Part shown: positions 40,472 to 54,100 of the stretch, in pieces
Layout of the letters: every line of letters starts with the position of its first letter
Position numbering within the stretch: the first letter of the stretch is position 1
DNA from: Chrysomallon squamiferum
Taxonomy: Eukaryota; Animalia; Mollusca
Reading direction: 5' to 3'
Length of the DNA stretch: 64,000 nucleotides
Assembly (NCBI GenBank): GCA_012295275.1
Contig: CM022671.1
Location: 9,610,001 to 9,674,000 of the forward strand
Made by a program: the position numbers and the translations under genes
Notes under the pieces: generated by a model
What the model was told of the DNA's origin: nothing
Databases searched by the model: none
Seen by the model: only the letters and a program-made list of their open reading frames with translations

Positions 40472-40641
40472 TGTTATGTTTTAACATTAAAACATAAAGT
40501 TCATTTCAATTTCCAATTTATTTCGTTTCAAAAATTGCTACGTACAAAACTGACGCACAATCCCGGTGACTTCATATAATACTATCTCCCTTGTTCCGGT
40601 TCCCTTAAACATTGTAAACTGTAACAGTTTTAACTATAACA
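40472..40641 (-). repeat. 3' LTR (170 bp); PPT ggaggggaggaag at 40642-40654
   Basis: tgttatg...tataaca; direct repeat of 44917-45091. Confidence 0.95.
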
Positions 40642-40960
40642 CTTCCTCCCCTCCAAAATTTTCAGTTTACCCACAAATTATGTTATATGTAAAATTCTAA
40701 AATACATTTGTGTGATTTACTAATTAGTAATAATTAAACAACTGGACTTTGAACTTAAAAAATCAAATTTTCTTTTTTTTCTTTTTTTCATTGGACACCA
40801 TAATAGTTCAATTACAGTTTATCAAGTATGTTCATTGGTCACATATGGAACTTCAAATCACAAATATTATTCTTACAAAAAAAATATATAATAAAAAAAT
40901 AACACTAATTCTACAATTTTTCAATGAATTCCGTATTACACAGATTCAGATTAAATCACT

Positions 40961-43900
40961 TTAAATAGTTTCTATCAGTCTTTGAGGTGTTTTTCGAGCA
41001 CGTCTAGGATATCTTGGGGTAGACGGTATTGGTAGTTGCTGTACATCGTCAACAGTATCGTCGATGGCATTAGAAGCATCCTCTACGGCATTAGAAGTAA
41101 CCATTCTATTTTTGATCTCAGTCTCTTCCACCTGAACGGTTGGTTCAACAAATTCCATTTCAGACTCCGTACCAATTGCAGTCAGTTCTGGGGAAGGGTT
41201 CCTATTATCCTCCAAATGCACACATTTACGAAGTTGATCCAAATGTCTTTTACATACAAAATCTCCAACTTTCACTCTGTAGGTAACAGGCCCTAGCTGA
41301 CACAGTACTTTTCCACTCAACCACTTGTCAGATCCTCTGTAGTTCTTCACTTGTACTGAATCTTCAACATTGAACACCCGTGTTTTACTTGCTTTTGGAA
41401 TAGTTCTTTTTTCAACAGAGTTCTCCAAATTTGGACGCAAGATATCCAATCTCGTTCGAACACGTCTGCCAAGAAACAATTTTGATGGAGTACATTTTGT
41501 AGTACGGTGCGGAGTGTTCCGATACGCAAACAAGAATGATGAAATCTTCTGGTTCATGGTTCGTGACTCATGTTCAACTGTTTTCATTGCAGTTATGAAA
41601 GTACGAACAGCTCTTTCTGCCTCACCATTTGAACTTGGATGATATGGAGCTGATTTGATGTGTTTCACTCCATTTTTCTTAAGAAATGTTTCAAATTCCT
41701 CTGCAACAAACATGTCCATTATCAGAAATCAACTGCTCTGGCATTCCATAACTTGCAAAGCGAATTCTCAATGACTCTACTGCATGTGTTGCTCTGGTAC
41801 TGGACATTCGAAAAACTTCCATCCATTTAGAATGTGCATCCACCGCAATCATGAACATTTCTTTCATGAATGGACCAGCAAAATCAACATGTATTCTTTG
41901 CCATGGTTTGGTGGGCCAAATCTATGCATTAGCTGTACTTTTTGGCATGACTGTTTGTTGTAGTTGGCAACACTTACACTTGTTAACTTTCTTTTCTATG
42001 TCAATATCCATGAGTCCACCACACATGCAATCTAGCCAAAGGTTTCATTCGCACAATTCCAGGAAGATTTTCATGAAGAGAATACAGAATATCTGTTCGA
42101 TATTTATCGGGAATAATCACTCGCATTCCTCTGAGAAGACCGTGTTCCTCCACGGTTAAGTCATCTTTCACTCTGAAATAAGGTAACAGCTCCTGTGAAA
42201 TAGAAGGCTGTTTTGGCCATCCATATATGTTATAATGTACAACCCGAGATAATACTTTGTCAACTTCAGTTGCTCTAGCAATATTTCTTGCAGTGATAGG
42301 TAATCCATTGACTTGATTTCTCATTGCTTGCTTGTCTTCATGCCAAAACACTTTCAGATATTTCTTCAGTTTGCAGAAGTGGTAGTCGGGACAGTGCATC
42401 AGCATTTCCATTTTTGGTAGTTTTTCTGTACTTAATGTCAAACTGATATGTGGCTAACTGAATAGCCCAACGCTGTAGTCGAGAAGCTGTCAGAACTGGA
42501 ATATTCTTTTTATGTCCAAGAATCATTGTCAGTCGTTTATTATCTGTGAACAAAGTAAATCTTCTACCATACAGGTACTGATGGAACTTGTGTATTCCAA
42601 AAATTATTGCCAGTGCTTCTTTCTCAATTTGGTAATACTTGCGTTCTGCTGATGTCAGAGTTCTAGAAGCATATGCTATTGGCCTATATGATCCTTCATT
42701 TCCATGTGATATTACCGCTCCAAGACCATGCGCAGATGAATCTACTGCCAACATTACTGGTTTCATCAGGTCATAGTGGACAAGAATTTTAGATGACGCT
42801 AACAGTTTTCCCACTTTGGAAAATGCTTGCTGACAATCATCACTCCATTTCCACTCTGTGTCTTTGGTTAATAACGCTGTTAGTGGTGCCACCACTGTTG
42901 ACATGTTGGGTACAAACTTGTGATAGTAATTCACAATACCTAACCAAGATTGCAACTCACTCTTGTTCTTAGGTTCAAGCACTTTCAGAATAGCTTCAAC
43001 TTTTCTTTCAGAAGGTTGAATCCCATTTTTGTTCACAATAAATGCAAAGTACTCAACTTCATCTTTCATCAATGCACATTTGGACCTTTTCAGTTGAATT
43101 CCATATTTTTCTAGGCGTTTCAAAGTTTTTCAAATGTTTCAAGTGTTCGGTGTCATCCTTTCCAGTGACTATGATGTCATCCAAAATGTAATCTACACCT
43201 TTTAGTACTCAGGCACTTCCAACACAGGATTTATGGTAACCTTGTAATCGCCACAAATGCGAATGGTATTGTCAGGTTTAAAAACAGGTACAATAGGAGA
43301 AGCCCATTCAGAAAAATCTACTTTTTCTAGAATTCCTTCTGCTTCAAGTCTGTGAAGTTCATCAGCAATCTTGTCCTTCAAAGCATAAGGTACTGGTCTA
43401 GCCTTGAAAAACTTTGGAGTAGCATCCTCTTTCACTTTCAGATGAGCTCTTATGCCTTTTACTGTTCCCAACTCATTTGAAAAAACTGAATATCTACTGA
43501 ACAAATCTTCAGAGTTTCCACAGGCTTTCATAATCTTAATACTGTTCCAGTCCAACTGAATGTTTTGGAACCAATTCCGTCCAAACAAAGTTGGTCCATT
43601 TCCTTTCACCACAATTAAAGGTAAAAGTTTTTTCTGCTTTCCATATTTAACAGTCACCTCAATTTGCCCAAGGACTGGCACCATTCATCTGTATAAGTTT
43701 TCAACACAATCGATGTTGATTTCAATGGCACTGCTTTCTTCAATTTTTCATGATAAGTCTTATTAGAAATTATTGATACAGAAGCACCTGTATCTACTTC
43801 CATTTTTAATGGCACACCATTGAGTTCCAATGAAATTTGAATTTCTTTCGCTTTCGTAGATTTCACTGTGAAAATTAACTGTTCAGAATCACTGTCATTT
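40961..43900 (-). pseudogene. pol (PR-RT-RNase H-IN) with frameshifts and an internal RT deletion
   Basis: WASPIVPV.K...IRICGDYKVTINP; AVDSSAHGLGAV; YQIEKEALAIIFG; NADALSRLP; PWQRIHVDFAGPF. Confidence 0.93.
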
Positions 43901-44158
43901 CTTTCCATTGCAACATCTTTGTTTTCAAGAACAGTTTTTATAATTTCTGATTCAGTTTCGTTACTTCCAGATTCTTCATGAATCGCATGAATTTTTAAAC
44001 CTGTTTCATATTCAGCATTTTCAATTTCTGAATCACTGGTACCACCTTCTGATTCCGTAAAGTCCCTATCAGAATCTTGATTCACAACATTCAAGTTTAG
44101 AATTTTTCTTTTTCAACTTTGGAAATTTCTTTTTTCCTTTTTCCATCTGTTTGTTTTC

Positions 44159-44860
44159 CTATCTTTCTATTTTTTTCTTTTGATTTCGACATTTTGTACT
44201 CAAATGTCCTGTTTCATTACACTTATAACAGTTTGCCTTTTTGTAAAAACATGCATCAGGATGATGATTAGTTTTACCACACCGGAAGCATTCAATGACA
44301 GAAACTTTGTGGAACTTTTCCGTTTCTGACTTCATTCCAATTTTCAGCATGTCAGTTTGTCTAGCTGCCATTTCCATACTAACAGCTATTTGCAAGGCTT
44401 TCCTCAGTGATAAGTCATGTTCAAAGAGAAGTCTTTTCTGTATAGACTTTTCAGACAGACCACAGACCAAAATGTCTCTTAATGCGCCAGTCACAAATGC
44501 ACCAAATTCACAATGTTCTGTCAATTTTCTTAATTCGGCCAAAAATTCACTTACAGTCTCTCCGGGCTCTTATTTCCGTTGATAGCATTTGAACCGTTCC
44601 GCACTCACCAAAGGTTTTGGTTTGAGATGATTTCCTATCAAAGTTTTCAATTGTTTGTAAGTCTTACTTGCCGGTTTCTCAGGAGAAGTCAGATTTCGAA
44701 TCAACCTGTAAGTCTTGGCACCACACACGGACAACAAAATGGAACATTTCTTTTCGGCACCGTCTACATCATTCGCCAGCAGATACTGTTCCAAACGTTC
44801 GATCTATTCATCCCAATTGGAACTTTCTAGATCAGACTTTTCAACTTTACGTTATTTCAT
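44159..44860 (-). pseudogene. gag, frameshifted
   Basis: LLSVCGAKTYRLIRNL.SPEKP; ELRKLTEHCEFG; CFRCGKTNHHPDAC and CYKCNETGHLSTKC. Confidence 0.9.
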
Positions 44861-44896
44861 AAATAGTTAATTTCAGGAAACAGTTCAACAAATGTT

Positions 44897-44914
44897 ATCC
44901 CATCCTCGTCGCCA
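44897..44914 (-). promoter_or_regulatory. Primer-binding site complementary to the tRNA-Ser(GCT) 3' end
   Basis: tggcgacgaggatgggat, 2 nt inside the 5' LTR; complement of ...ATCCCATCCTCGTCG-CCA. Confidence 0.9.
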
Positions 44915-44916
44915 TT

Positions 44917-45091
44917 TGTTATGTTTTAACATTAAAACATAAAGTTCATTTCAGTTTCCAAACAATTTATTTCATTTCAAAAATTGCTACGAACAAAAAC
45001 TGACGCACGCTCCCGGTGACTTCATATAATACTATCTCCTTTATTCCGGTTCCCTTAAACATCGTAAACTGTAACAATGTTAATTATAACA
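44917..45091 (-). repeat. 5' LTR (175 bp)
   Basis: Differs from the 3' LTR by about 11 substitutions and 2 indels (hand count). Confidence 0.95.
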
Positions 45092-45106
45092 CCATTTAGA
45101 TACAAC

Positions 45107-48100
45107 AGAAATAAAAGATGGAAATGATAGAAAGAAAAGAAAGAAAGAAAGAAAAGAAAAAAGATAGAGAGATAAGAAAGAAGGAAAGAAAGAAAGAAAT
45201 ATTAAAACAGCTTAAAGAATGATCAAAAATGAAAAAATGAATCAAAAAAAGAAATCTAAGGAAACAGAACGAAACTAATTAAACGGAGCATTCTTTTCAG
45301 ACTTTATTCATCATAAGTGGACTGCATTGATTATCAGGATAAGAAGTTACATACTAAATTGATTTGATTACTGAGAAAGAAAACAGAGAATACTGACTGA
45401 CTGAAGAAAAAATAAATAAATAAAAGCATATGCGAAATATGTTCACTGATATATATATAATCGCCTCCCTTATGCGAGAAGTGTTCACTTCTATATTTAG
45501 AGTTACTTTCCCTATGTGAGATGTGTTCACTGGTATATTTAGAGTCGCCTCCCTTATGTGAGATGTGTTCACTTGTATTTAGAGTCACCTCCCCTATGTG
45601 ATATGTGTTCACTGGTATATTTGGAGTGGCCTCCCTTATGTGAGATGTGTTCACTGGTATTTAGAGTCACCTCCCTTATGTGAGATGTGTTCACTGGTAT
45701 TTTGAGTCGCCTCCCTTATGTGAGATGTGTTCACTGGTATATTTGGAGTGGCCTCCCTTATGTGAGATGTGTTCACTGGTATTAAGAAAATAAGATAGAA
45801 AGCTCGAACACAAAAGCTGAAATAAATAATCAGTGAGAGAAGAGTGTTTAAACTGATTAAAGTATTTCATAAATAAATAATAAAGAAATGGTAGCACGTA
45901 GAAAAAAGAAGGAAGGATGGAATGAAAGATAGGAAATAAAAGATGGAAAAGATAGAAAGAAATGAAAGAAAGGAAGATCGAAAAGAAAGAAGGAAGGACA
46001 GAAAGAAAAGAAAGAAGGAAAGAAAGAAAGGAAGAAAATATTGAAGCAGCTTAAAGAATGAACAAAAATGAATAAAAAAGAAAAGAACTAACTTAACAGA
46101 ATGAAGCGTGGTACTATTTAAATGCAGCATTCTTTTAACTTTTATTCATAATAAAATATAAAATCGTATGTGGACTGCATTGATTAGCAGGATAACAATT
46201 TCCATACTGAAGAAAAAATAAATAAATAAAAGCTTATGCGAAATATGTTCACTGATATATTTAGAGTAGCCTCCCTTATGCGAGAAGTGTTCACTTCTAT
46301 ATTTAGAGTTACTTTCCCTATGTGAGATGTATTCACTGGTATTTAGAGTCGCCTCCCCTATGTGACATGTGTTCACTGGTATACCTAGAGTTGCCTCCCT
46401 TATGTGAGATGTGTTCACTGGTATTTAGAGTCACCTCCCCTATGTGAGATGTGTTCACTGGTATATTTGGAGTGGCCTCCCTTATGTGAGATGTGTTCAC
46501 TGGTATTAAGAAAATAAGATAGAAAACTCGAATACAAAAGCTCAACAAAATAATCAGTGAAAGCAGAGTGTTTAAACTGATTAAAGTATTTCATAAATAA
46601 ATAATAAAGAAATGGTAAAACGTAGAAAAAAGAAGGAAGGATGGAATGAAAGATAGGAAATAAAAGATGGAAAAGAGAGAAAGAAAAGAAAGAAAGAAAG
46701 ATAGAAAAGAAAAAGGAAGGAAAGAAAGAAAGAAAATATTGAAACAGCTTAAAGAATGAACAAAAATGAATAAGAAAAGAAAACAAAAATCTAAGGAAAC
46801 AGAACAAAGAGTGGTACTATATAAACGCAGCATTCTTTTCAGATTTTATTAATGATAAAATATAAAATGGTATGTGGACTGCATTGATTATCAGGATAAG
46901 AATTTACATACTAAATTCATTTGATTACTGAGAAAGAAAACAGAGAATACTGACTGACTGAAGAAAAAATAAATAAATAAAAGCTTATGTGAGACGTGTT
47001 CACTGGTATTTAGAGTCACCTCCCCTATGTGATATGTGTTCACTGGTATATTTGGAGTGGCCTCCCTTATGTGAGATGTGTTCACTGGTATTTAGAGTTC
47101 CTTTCCCTATGTGAAATGTGTTCACTGGTATTTAGAGTCACCTCCCTTATGTGAGATGTGTTCACTGGTATTTTGAGTCGCCTCCCTTATGTGAGATGTG
47201 TTCACTGGTATATTTGGAGTGGCCTCCCTTATGTGAGATGTGTTCACTGGTATTAAGAAAATAAGATAGAAAGCTCGAACACAAAAGCTCAAATAAATAA
47301 TCAGTGAGAGAAGAGTGTTTAAACTGATTAAAGTATTTCATAAATAAATAATAAAGAAATGGTAGCACGTAGAAAAAAGAAGGAAGGATGGAATGAAAGA
47401 TAGGAAATAAAAGATGGAAAAGAGAGAAAGAAAACAAAGAAAGAAAGATAGAAAAGAAAGAAGGAAAGAAAGAAGGAAAGAAAATATTGAAACAGCTTAA
47501 AGAATGAACAAAAATGAATAAGAAAAGAAAACAAAAATCTAAGGAAACAGAACAAAGAGTGGTACTATATAAACGCAGCATTCTTTTCAGATTTTATTCA
47601 TAATAAAATATAAAATGGTATGTGGACTGCATTGATTATCAGGATAAGAATTTACATACTAAATTGATTTGATTACTGAGAAAGAAAACAGAGAATACTG
47701 ACTGACTGAAGAAGAAATAAATAAATAAAAGCTTATGCGAAATACGTTCACTGATATATTTAGAATCGCCTCCCTTATGCGAGAAGTGTTCACTTCTATA
47801 TTTAGAGTTACTTTCCCTATGTGAGATGTGTTCACTGGTATATTTAGAGTCGCCTCCCTTATGTGAGAAGTGTTCACTTGTATTTAGACTCACCTCCCCT
47901 ATGTGATATGTGTTCACTGGTATATTTGGAGTGGCCTCCCTTATGTGAGATGTGTTCACTGGTATTTAGAGTCACCTCCCTTATGTGAGATGTGTTCACT
48001 GGTATTTTGAGTCGCCTCCCTTATGTGAGATGTGTTCACTGGTATATTTGGAGTGGCCTCCCTTATGTGAGATGTGTTCACTGGTATTAAGAAAATAAGA

Positions 48101-51100
48101 TAGAAAACTCGAATACAAAAGCTCAACAAAATAATCAGTGAAAGCAGAGTGTTTAAACTGATTAAAGTATTTCATAAATAAATAATAAAGAAATGGTAAA
48201 ACGTAGAAAAAAGAAGGAAGGATGGAATGAAAATAGGAAAAAAAAGATGAAAAAAAAAATGGAAAAGAAAGAAAAAAAAGAAAAAAAAAGAAAGAAAAAA
48301 AAAAGAAAGAAAGAAAAGAAAGAAAGAAAATATTGAAACAGCTTAAAGAATGAACAAAATGAATAAAAAAAGAAAAGAAAAAATCTAAGGAAACAGAACA
48401 AAAGAGTGGTACTATTTAAACGCAGCATTCTTTTCAGATTTTATTCATAATAAAATATAAAATGGTATGTGGACTGCATTGATTATCAGGATAAGAATTT
48501 ACATACTAAATTGATTTGATTACTGAGAAAAAAACAGAGAATACTGACTGACTGAAGATGAAATAAATAAAAAAAAAGCTTATGCGAAATATGTTCACTG
48601 ATATATTTAGAATCGCCTCCCTTATATGAGAAGTGTTCACTTCTATATTTAGAGTTACTTTCCCTATGTGAGATGTGTTCACTGGTATATTTAGAGTCGC
48701 CTCCCCTTATGTGAGATGTGTTCACTGTATTATTTAGAGTCACCTCCCTATGTGATATGTGTTCACTGGTATATTTGGAGTGGCCACCCCTTATGTGAGA
48801 TGTGTTCACTGGTATTTAGAGTCACCTCCCTTATGTGAGATGTGTTCACTGGTATTTTGAGTCGCCTCCCTTATGTGAGATGTGTTCACTGGTATATTTG
48901 GAGTGGCCTCCCTTATGTGAGATGTGTTCACTGGTATTAAGAAAATAAGATAGAAAGCTCGAACACAAAAGCTCAAATAAATAATCAGTGAGAGAAGAGT
49001 GTTTAAACTGATTAAAGTATTTCATAAATAAAAATAAGAAAAGAAATGGTAAAATAAGAAAAAAAAAGAAGGAAGGATGGAATGAAAGAAGGAAATAAAA
49101 GATGGAAAAAATAAAAGAAATGAAAGAAAGAAGAAAAGAAAAGAAAGAAGGAAAGAAAGAAAGAAAAGAAAGAAAGAAAGAAAGAAAGAAAATATTGAAA
49201 CAGCTTAAAGAATGAACAAAAATGAATAAAAAGAAAAAAAAAAATCTAAGGAAACAGAACAAAGAGTGGTGGTACTATTTAAACGCAGCATTCTTTTCAG
49301 ATTTTATTCATAATAAAATATAAAATGGTATGTGGACTGCATTGATTATCAGGATAAGAATTTACATACTAAATTGATTTGATTACTGAGAAAGAAAACA
49401 GAGAATACTGACTGACTGAAGAAGAAATAAATAAATAAAAGCTTATGCGAAATACGTTCACTGATATATTTAGAATCGCCTCCCTTATGCGAGAAGTGTT
49501 CACTTCTATATTTAGAGTTACTTTCCTATGTGATGTGAGATGTATTTAGAGTTCACTATGTGAGATATTTAGAGTTTAGAGCCTCCCTTATGTGAGATGT
49601 GTTCACTGGTATTTAGTTAGCCTCCCTTACCTCCCCTATGTGAGATGTGTTCACTGGTATATTTGGAGTGGCCTCCCTTATGTGAGATGTGTTCACTGGT
49701 ATTTAGAGTCACCTCCCTTATGTGAGATGTGTTCACTGGTATTTTGAGTCGCCTCCCTTATGTGAGATGTGTTCACTGGTATATTTGGAGTGGCCTCCCT
49801 TATGTGAGATGTGTTCACTGGTATTAAGAAAATAAGATAGAAAGCTCGAACACAAAAGCTCAAATAAATAATCAGTGAGAGAAGAGTGTTTAAACTGATT
49901 AAAGTATTTCATAAATAAATAATAAAGAAATGGTAACACGTAGAAAAAAGAAGGAAGGATGGAATGAAAGATAGGAAATAAAAGATGGAAAAGAGAGAAA
50001 GAAAAGAAAGAAAGAAAGATAGAAAAGAAAGAAGGAAAGAAAAAAAAAGATAAAATATTGAAACAGCTTAAAGAATGAACAAAAATGAATGAAAAAAAAA
50101 AGAAAAAAAAAAAAAATCTAAGGAAACAGAACAAAAGAGTGGTACTATTTAAACGCAGCATTCTTTTTCAGATTTTATTCATAATAAAATATAAAATGGT
50201 ATGTGGACTGCATTGATTATCAGGATAAGAATTTACATACTAAATTCATTTGATTACTGAGAAAGAAAACAGAGAATACTGACTGACTGAAGAAAAAATA
50301 AATAAATAAAAGCTTATGTGAGACGTGTTCACTGGTATTTAGAGTCACCTCCCCTATGTGATATGTGTTCACTGGTATATTTGGAGTGGCCTCCCTTATG
50401 TGAGATGTGTTCACTGGTATTAAGAAAATAAGATAGAAAGCTCGAACACAAAAGCTCAAATAAATAATCAGTGAGAGAAGAGTGTTTAAACTGATTAAAG
50501 TATTTCATAAATAAATAATAAAGAAATGGTAGCACGTAGAAAAAAGAAGGAAGGATGGAATGAAAGATAGGAAATAAAAGATGGAAAAGAGAGAAAGAAA
50601 AGAAAGAAAGAAAGATAGAAAAGAAAGAAGGAAAGAAAGAAAGAAAATATTGAAACAGCTTAAAGAATGAACAAAAATGAATAAAAAACGAAAAGAACTA
50701 ACTTAACAGAATGAAGCGTGGTACTATTTAAATGCAGCATTCTTTTAACTTTTATTCATAATAAAATATAAAATCGTATGTGGACTGCATTGATTAGCAG
50801 GATAACAATTTCCATACTGAAGAAAAAATAAATAAATAAAAGCAAATGCGAAATATGTTCACTGATATATTTAGAGTAGCCTCCCTTATGCGAGAAGTGT
50901 TCACTTCTATATTTAGAGTTACTTTCCCTATGTGAGATGTATTCACTGGTATTTAGAGTCGCCTCCCCTATGTGACATGTGTTCACTGGTATACCTAGAG
51001 TTGCCTCCCTTATGTGAGATGTGTTCACTGGTATTTAGAGTCACCTCCCCTATGTGAGATGTGTTCACTGGTATATTTGGAGTGGCCTCCCTTATGTGAG

Positions 51101-54100
51101 ATGTGTTCACTGGTATTTAGAGTCACCTCCCTTATGTGAGATGTGTTCACTGGTATTTTGAGTCGCCTCCCTTATGTGAGATGTGTTCACTGGTATATTT
51201 GGAGTGGCCTCCCTTATGTGAGATGTGTTCACTGGTATTAAGAAAATAAGATAGAAAGCTCGAACACAAAAGCTCAAATAAATAATCAGTGAGAGAAGAG
51301 TGTTTAAACTGATTAAAGTATTTCATAAATAAATAATAAAGAAATGGTAGCACGTAGAAAAAAGAAGGAAGGATGGAATGAAAGATAGGAAATAAAAGAT
51401 GGAAAAGAGAGAAAGAAAAAAAGAAAGATAGAAAAGAAAGAAAGAAGGACAGAAAAGAAAAGAAAGAAGGAAAGAAAGAAAGGAAAGAAAATATTGAAAC
51501 AGCTTAAAGAATGAACAAAAATGAATAAAAAAAGAAAAGAAAAAAATCTAAGGAAACAGAACAAAAAGAGTGGTACTATTTAAACGCAGCATTCTTTTTT
51601 CAGATTTTATTCATAATAAAATATAAAATGGTATGTGGACTGCATTGATTATCAGGATAAGAATTTACATACTAAATTGATTTGATTACTGAGAAAGAAA
51701 ACAGAGAATACTGACTGACTGAAGAAAAAATAAATAAATAAAAGCTTATGCGAAATATGTTCACTGAAATATGTTCCCACGAGAAGTGTTCACTTATATT
51801 TAGAGTAGCTTTCCCTATGTGAGATGTGTTCACTGGTATATTTAGAGTTCTATATTTGAGAGTGTTCACTTGTATTTCGCCTCCCCTATGTGAGATGTGT
51901 TCACTGGTATATTTAGAGTGGTATTTGAGATGTGTTCACTGGTATTTAGAGTCACCTCCTTATGTGAGATGTGTTCACTGGTATTTAGAGTCGCCCCCTT
52001 ATGTGAGATGTGTTCACTGGTATATTTAGAGTCGCCTCCCTTATGTGAGATGTGTTCACTGGTATTTAGAGTCACCTCCCCTATGTGAGATGTGTTCACT
52101 GGTATATTTAGAGTGGCCTCCCTTATGTGAGATGTGTTCACTGGTATTTAGAGTCACCTCCCTTATGTGAGATGTGTTCACTGGTATTTTGAGTCGCCTC
52201 CCTTATGTGAGATGTGTTCACTGGTATATTTGGAGTGGCCTCCCTTATGTGAGATGTGTTCACTGGTATTAAGAAAATAAGATAGAAAACTCGAATACAA
52301 AAGCTCAACTAAATAATCAGTGAGAGCAGAGTGTTTAAACTGATTAAAGTATTTCATAAATAAATAATAAAGAAATGGTAGCACGTAGAAAAAAGAAGGA
52401 AGGATGGAATGAAAGATAGGAAATAAAAGATGGAAAAGAGAGAAAGAAAAGAAAGAAAAAGAAAGATAGAAAAGAAAGAAGGAAAGAAAGAAAGAAAGAA
52501 AATATTGAAAAACAGCTTAAAGAATGAACAAAAATGAATAAGAAAAAAAAAAAAAAAAAATCTAAAGGAAACAGACAAAAAGAGTGGTACTATTTAAACG
52601 CAGCATTCTTTTCAGATTTTATTCATAATAAAATATAAAATGGTATGTGGACTGCATTGATTATCAGGATAAGAATTTACATACTAAATTCATTTGATTA
52701 CTGAGAAAGAAAACAGAGAATACTGACTGACTGAAGAAAAAATAAATAAATAAAAGCTTATGCGAAATATGTTCACTGATATATTTAGAATCGCCTCCCT
52801 TATGCGAGAAGTGTTCACTTCTATATTTAGAGTTACTTTCCCTATGTGAGATGTGTTCACTGGTATTTAGAGTCGCCTCCCTATGTGAGATATATTTAGA
52901 GTCGCCTCCCTTATGTGAGATGTGTTCACTGGTATATTTAGATTTATGTGAGATGTGTGTATATTTTCACCTCCCTATGTGAGATGTGTTCACTGGTATA
53001 TTTAGAGTGGCCTCCCTTATGTGAGATGTGTTCACTGGTATTTAGAGTCACCTCCCTTATGTGAGATGTGTTCACTGGTATTTTGAGTCGCCTCCCTTAT
53101 GTGAGATGTGTTCACTGGTATATTTGGAGTGGCCTCCCTTATGTGAGATGTGTTCACTGGTATTAAGAAAATAAGATAGAAAACTCGAATACAAAAGCTC
53201 AACTAAATAATCAGTGAGAGCAGAGTGTTTAAACTGATTAAAGTATTTCATAAATAAATAATAAAGAAATGGTAACACGTAGAAAAAAGAAGGAAGGATG
53301 GAATGAAAGATAGGAAATAAAAGATGGAAAAGAGAGAAAGAAAAGAAAGAAAGAAAGATAGAAAAGAAAGAAGGAAAGAAGAAAAAGAAAGAAAGAAAAA
53401 AAAGAAAGAAAGAAAATATTGAAACAGCTTAAAGAATGAACAAAAATGAATAAGAAAAGAAAAGAAAAATCTAAGGAAACAGAACAAAGAGTGGTACTAT
53501 TTAAACGCAGCATTCTTTTCAGATTTTATTCATAATAAAATATAAAATGGTATGTGGACTGCATTGATTATCAGGATAAGAATTTACATACTAAATTCAT
53601 TTGATTACTGAGAAAGAAAACAGAGAATACTGACTGACTGAAGAAAAAATAAATAAATAAAAGCTTATGCGAAATATGTTCACTGATATATTTAGAATCG
53701 CCTCCCTTATGCGAGAAGTGTTCACTTCTATATTTAGAGTTACTTTCCCTATGTGAGATGTGTTCACTAGAGTTATTTATGTGAGATGTGTTCACTTGTA
53801 TATTTAGAGTCGCCTCCCTATGTGAGATGTGTTCACTGGTATATTTAGAGTCGCCTGCCCCTTATGTGAGATGTGTTCACTGTATATTTAGAGTCACCTC
53901 CCCTATGTGAGATGTGTTCACTGGTATATTTAGAGTCGCCTCCCTTATGTGAGATGTGTTCACTGGTATTTAGAGTCACCTCCCCTATGTGAGATGTGTT
54001 CACTGGTATATTTAGAGTTGCCTCCCTTATGTGAGATGTGTTCACTGGTATTTAGAGTCACCTCCCCTATGTGAGATGTGTTCACTGGTATTTTGAGTCG

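Larger units (their letters stand above)
40472..45091 (-). mobile_element. Ty3/Gypsy LTR retrotransposon, Mag-like, degenerate
   Basis: Two TG...CA LTRs, PBS, PPT, gag with two CCHC knuckles, PR (VDTGA), RT, RNase H, integrase (APYHPSSNGEAER). Confidence 0.96.
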
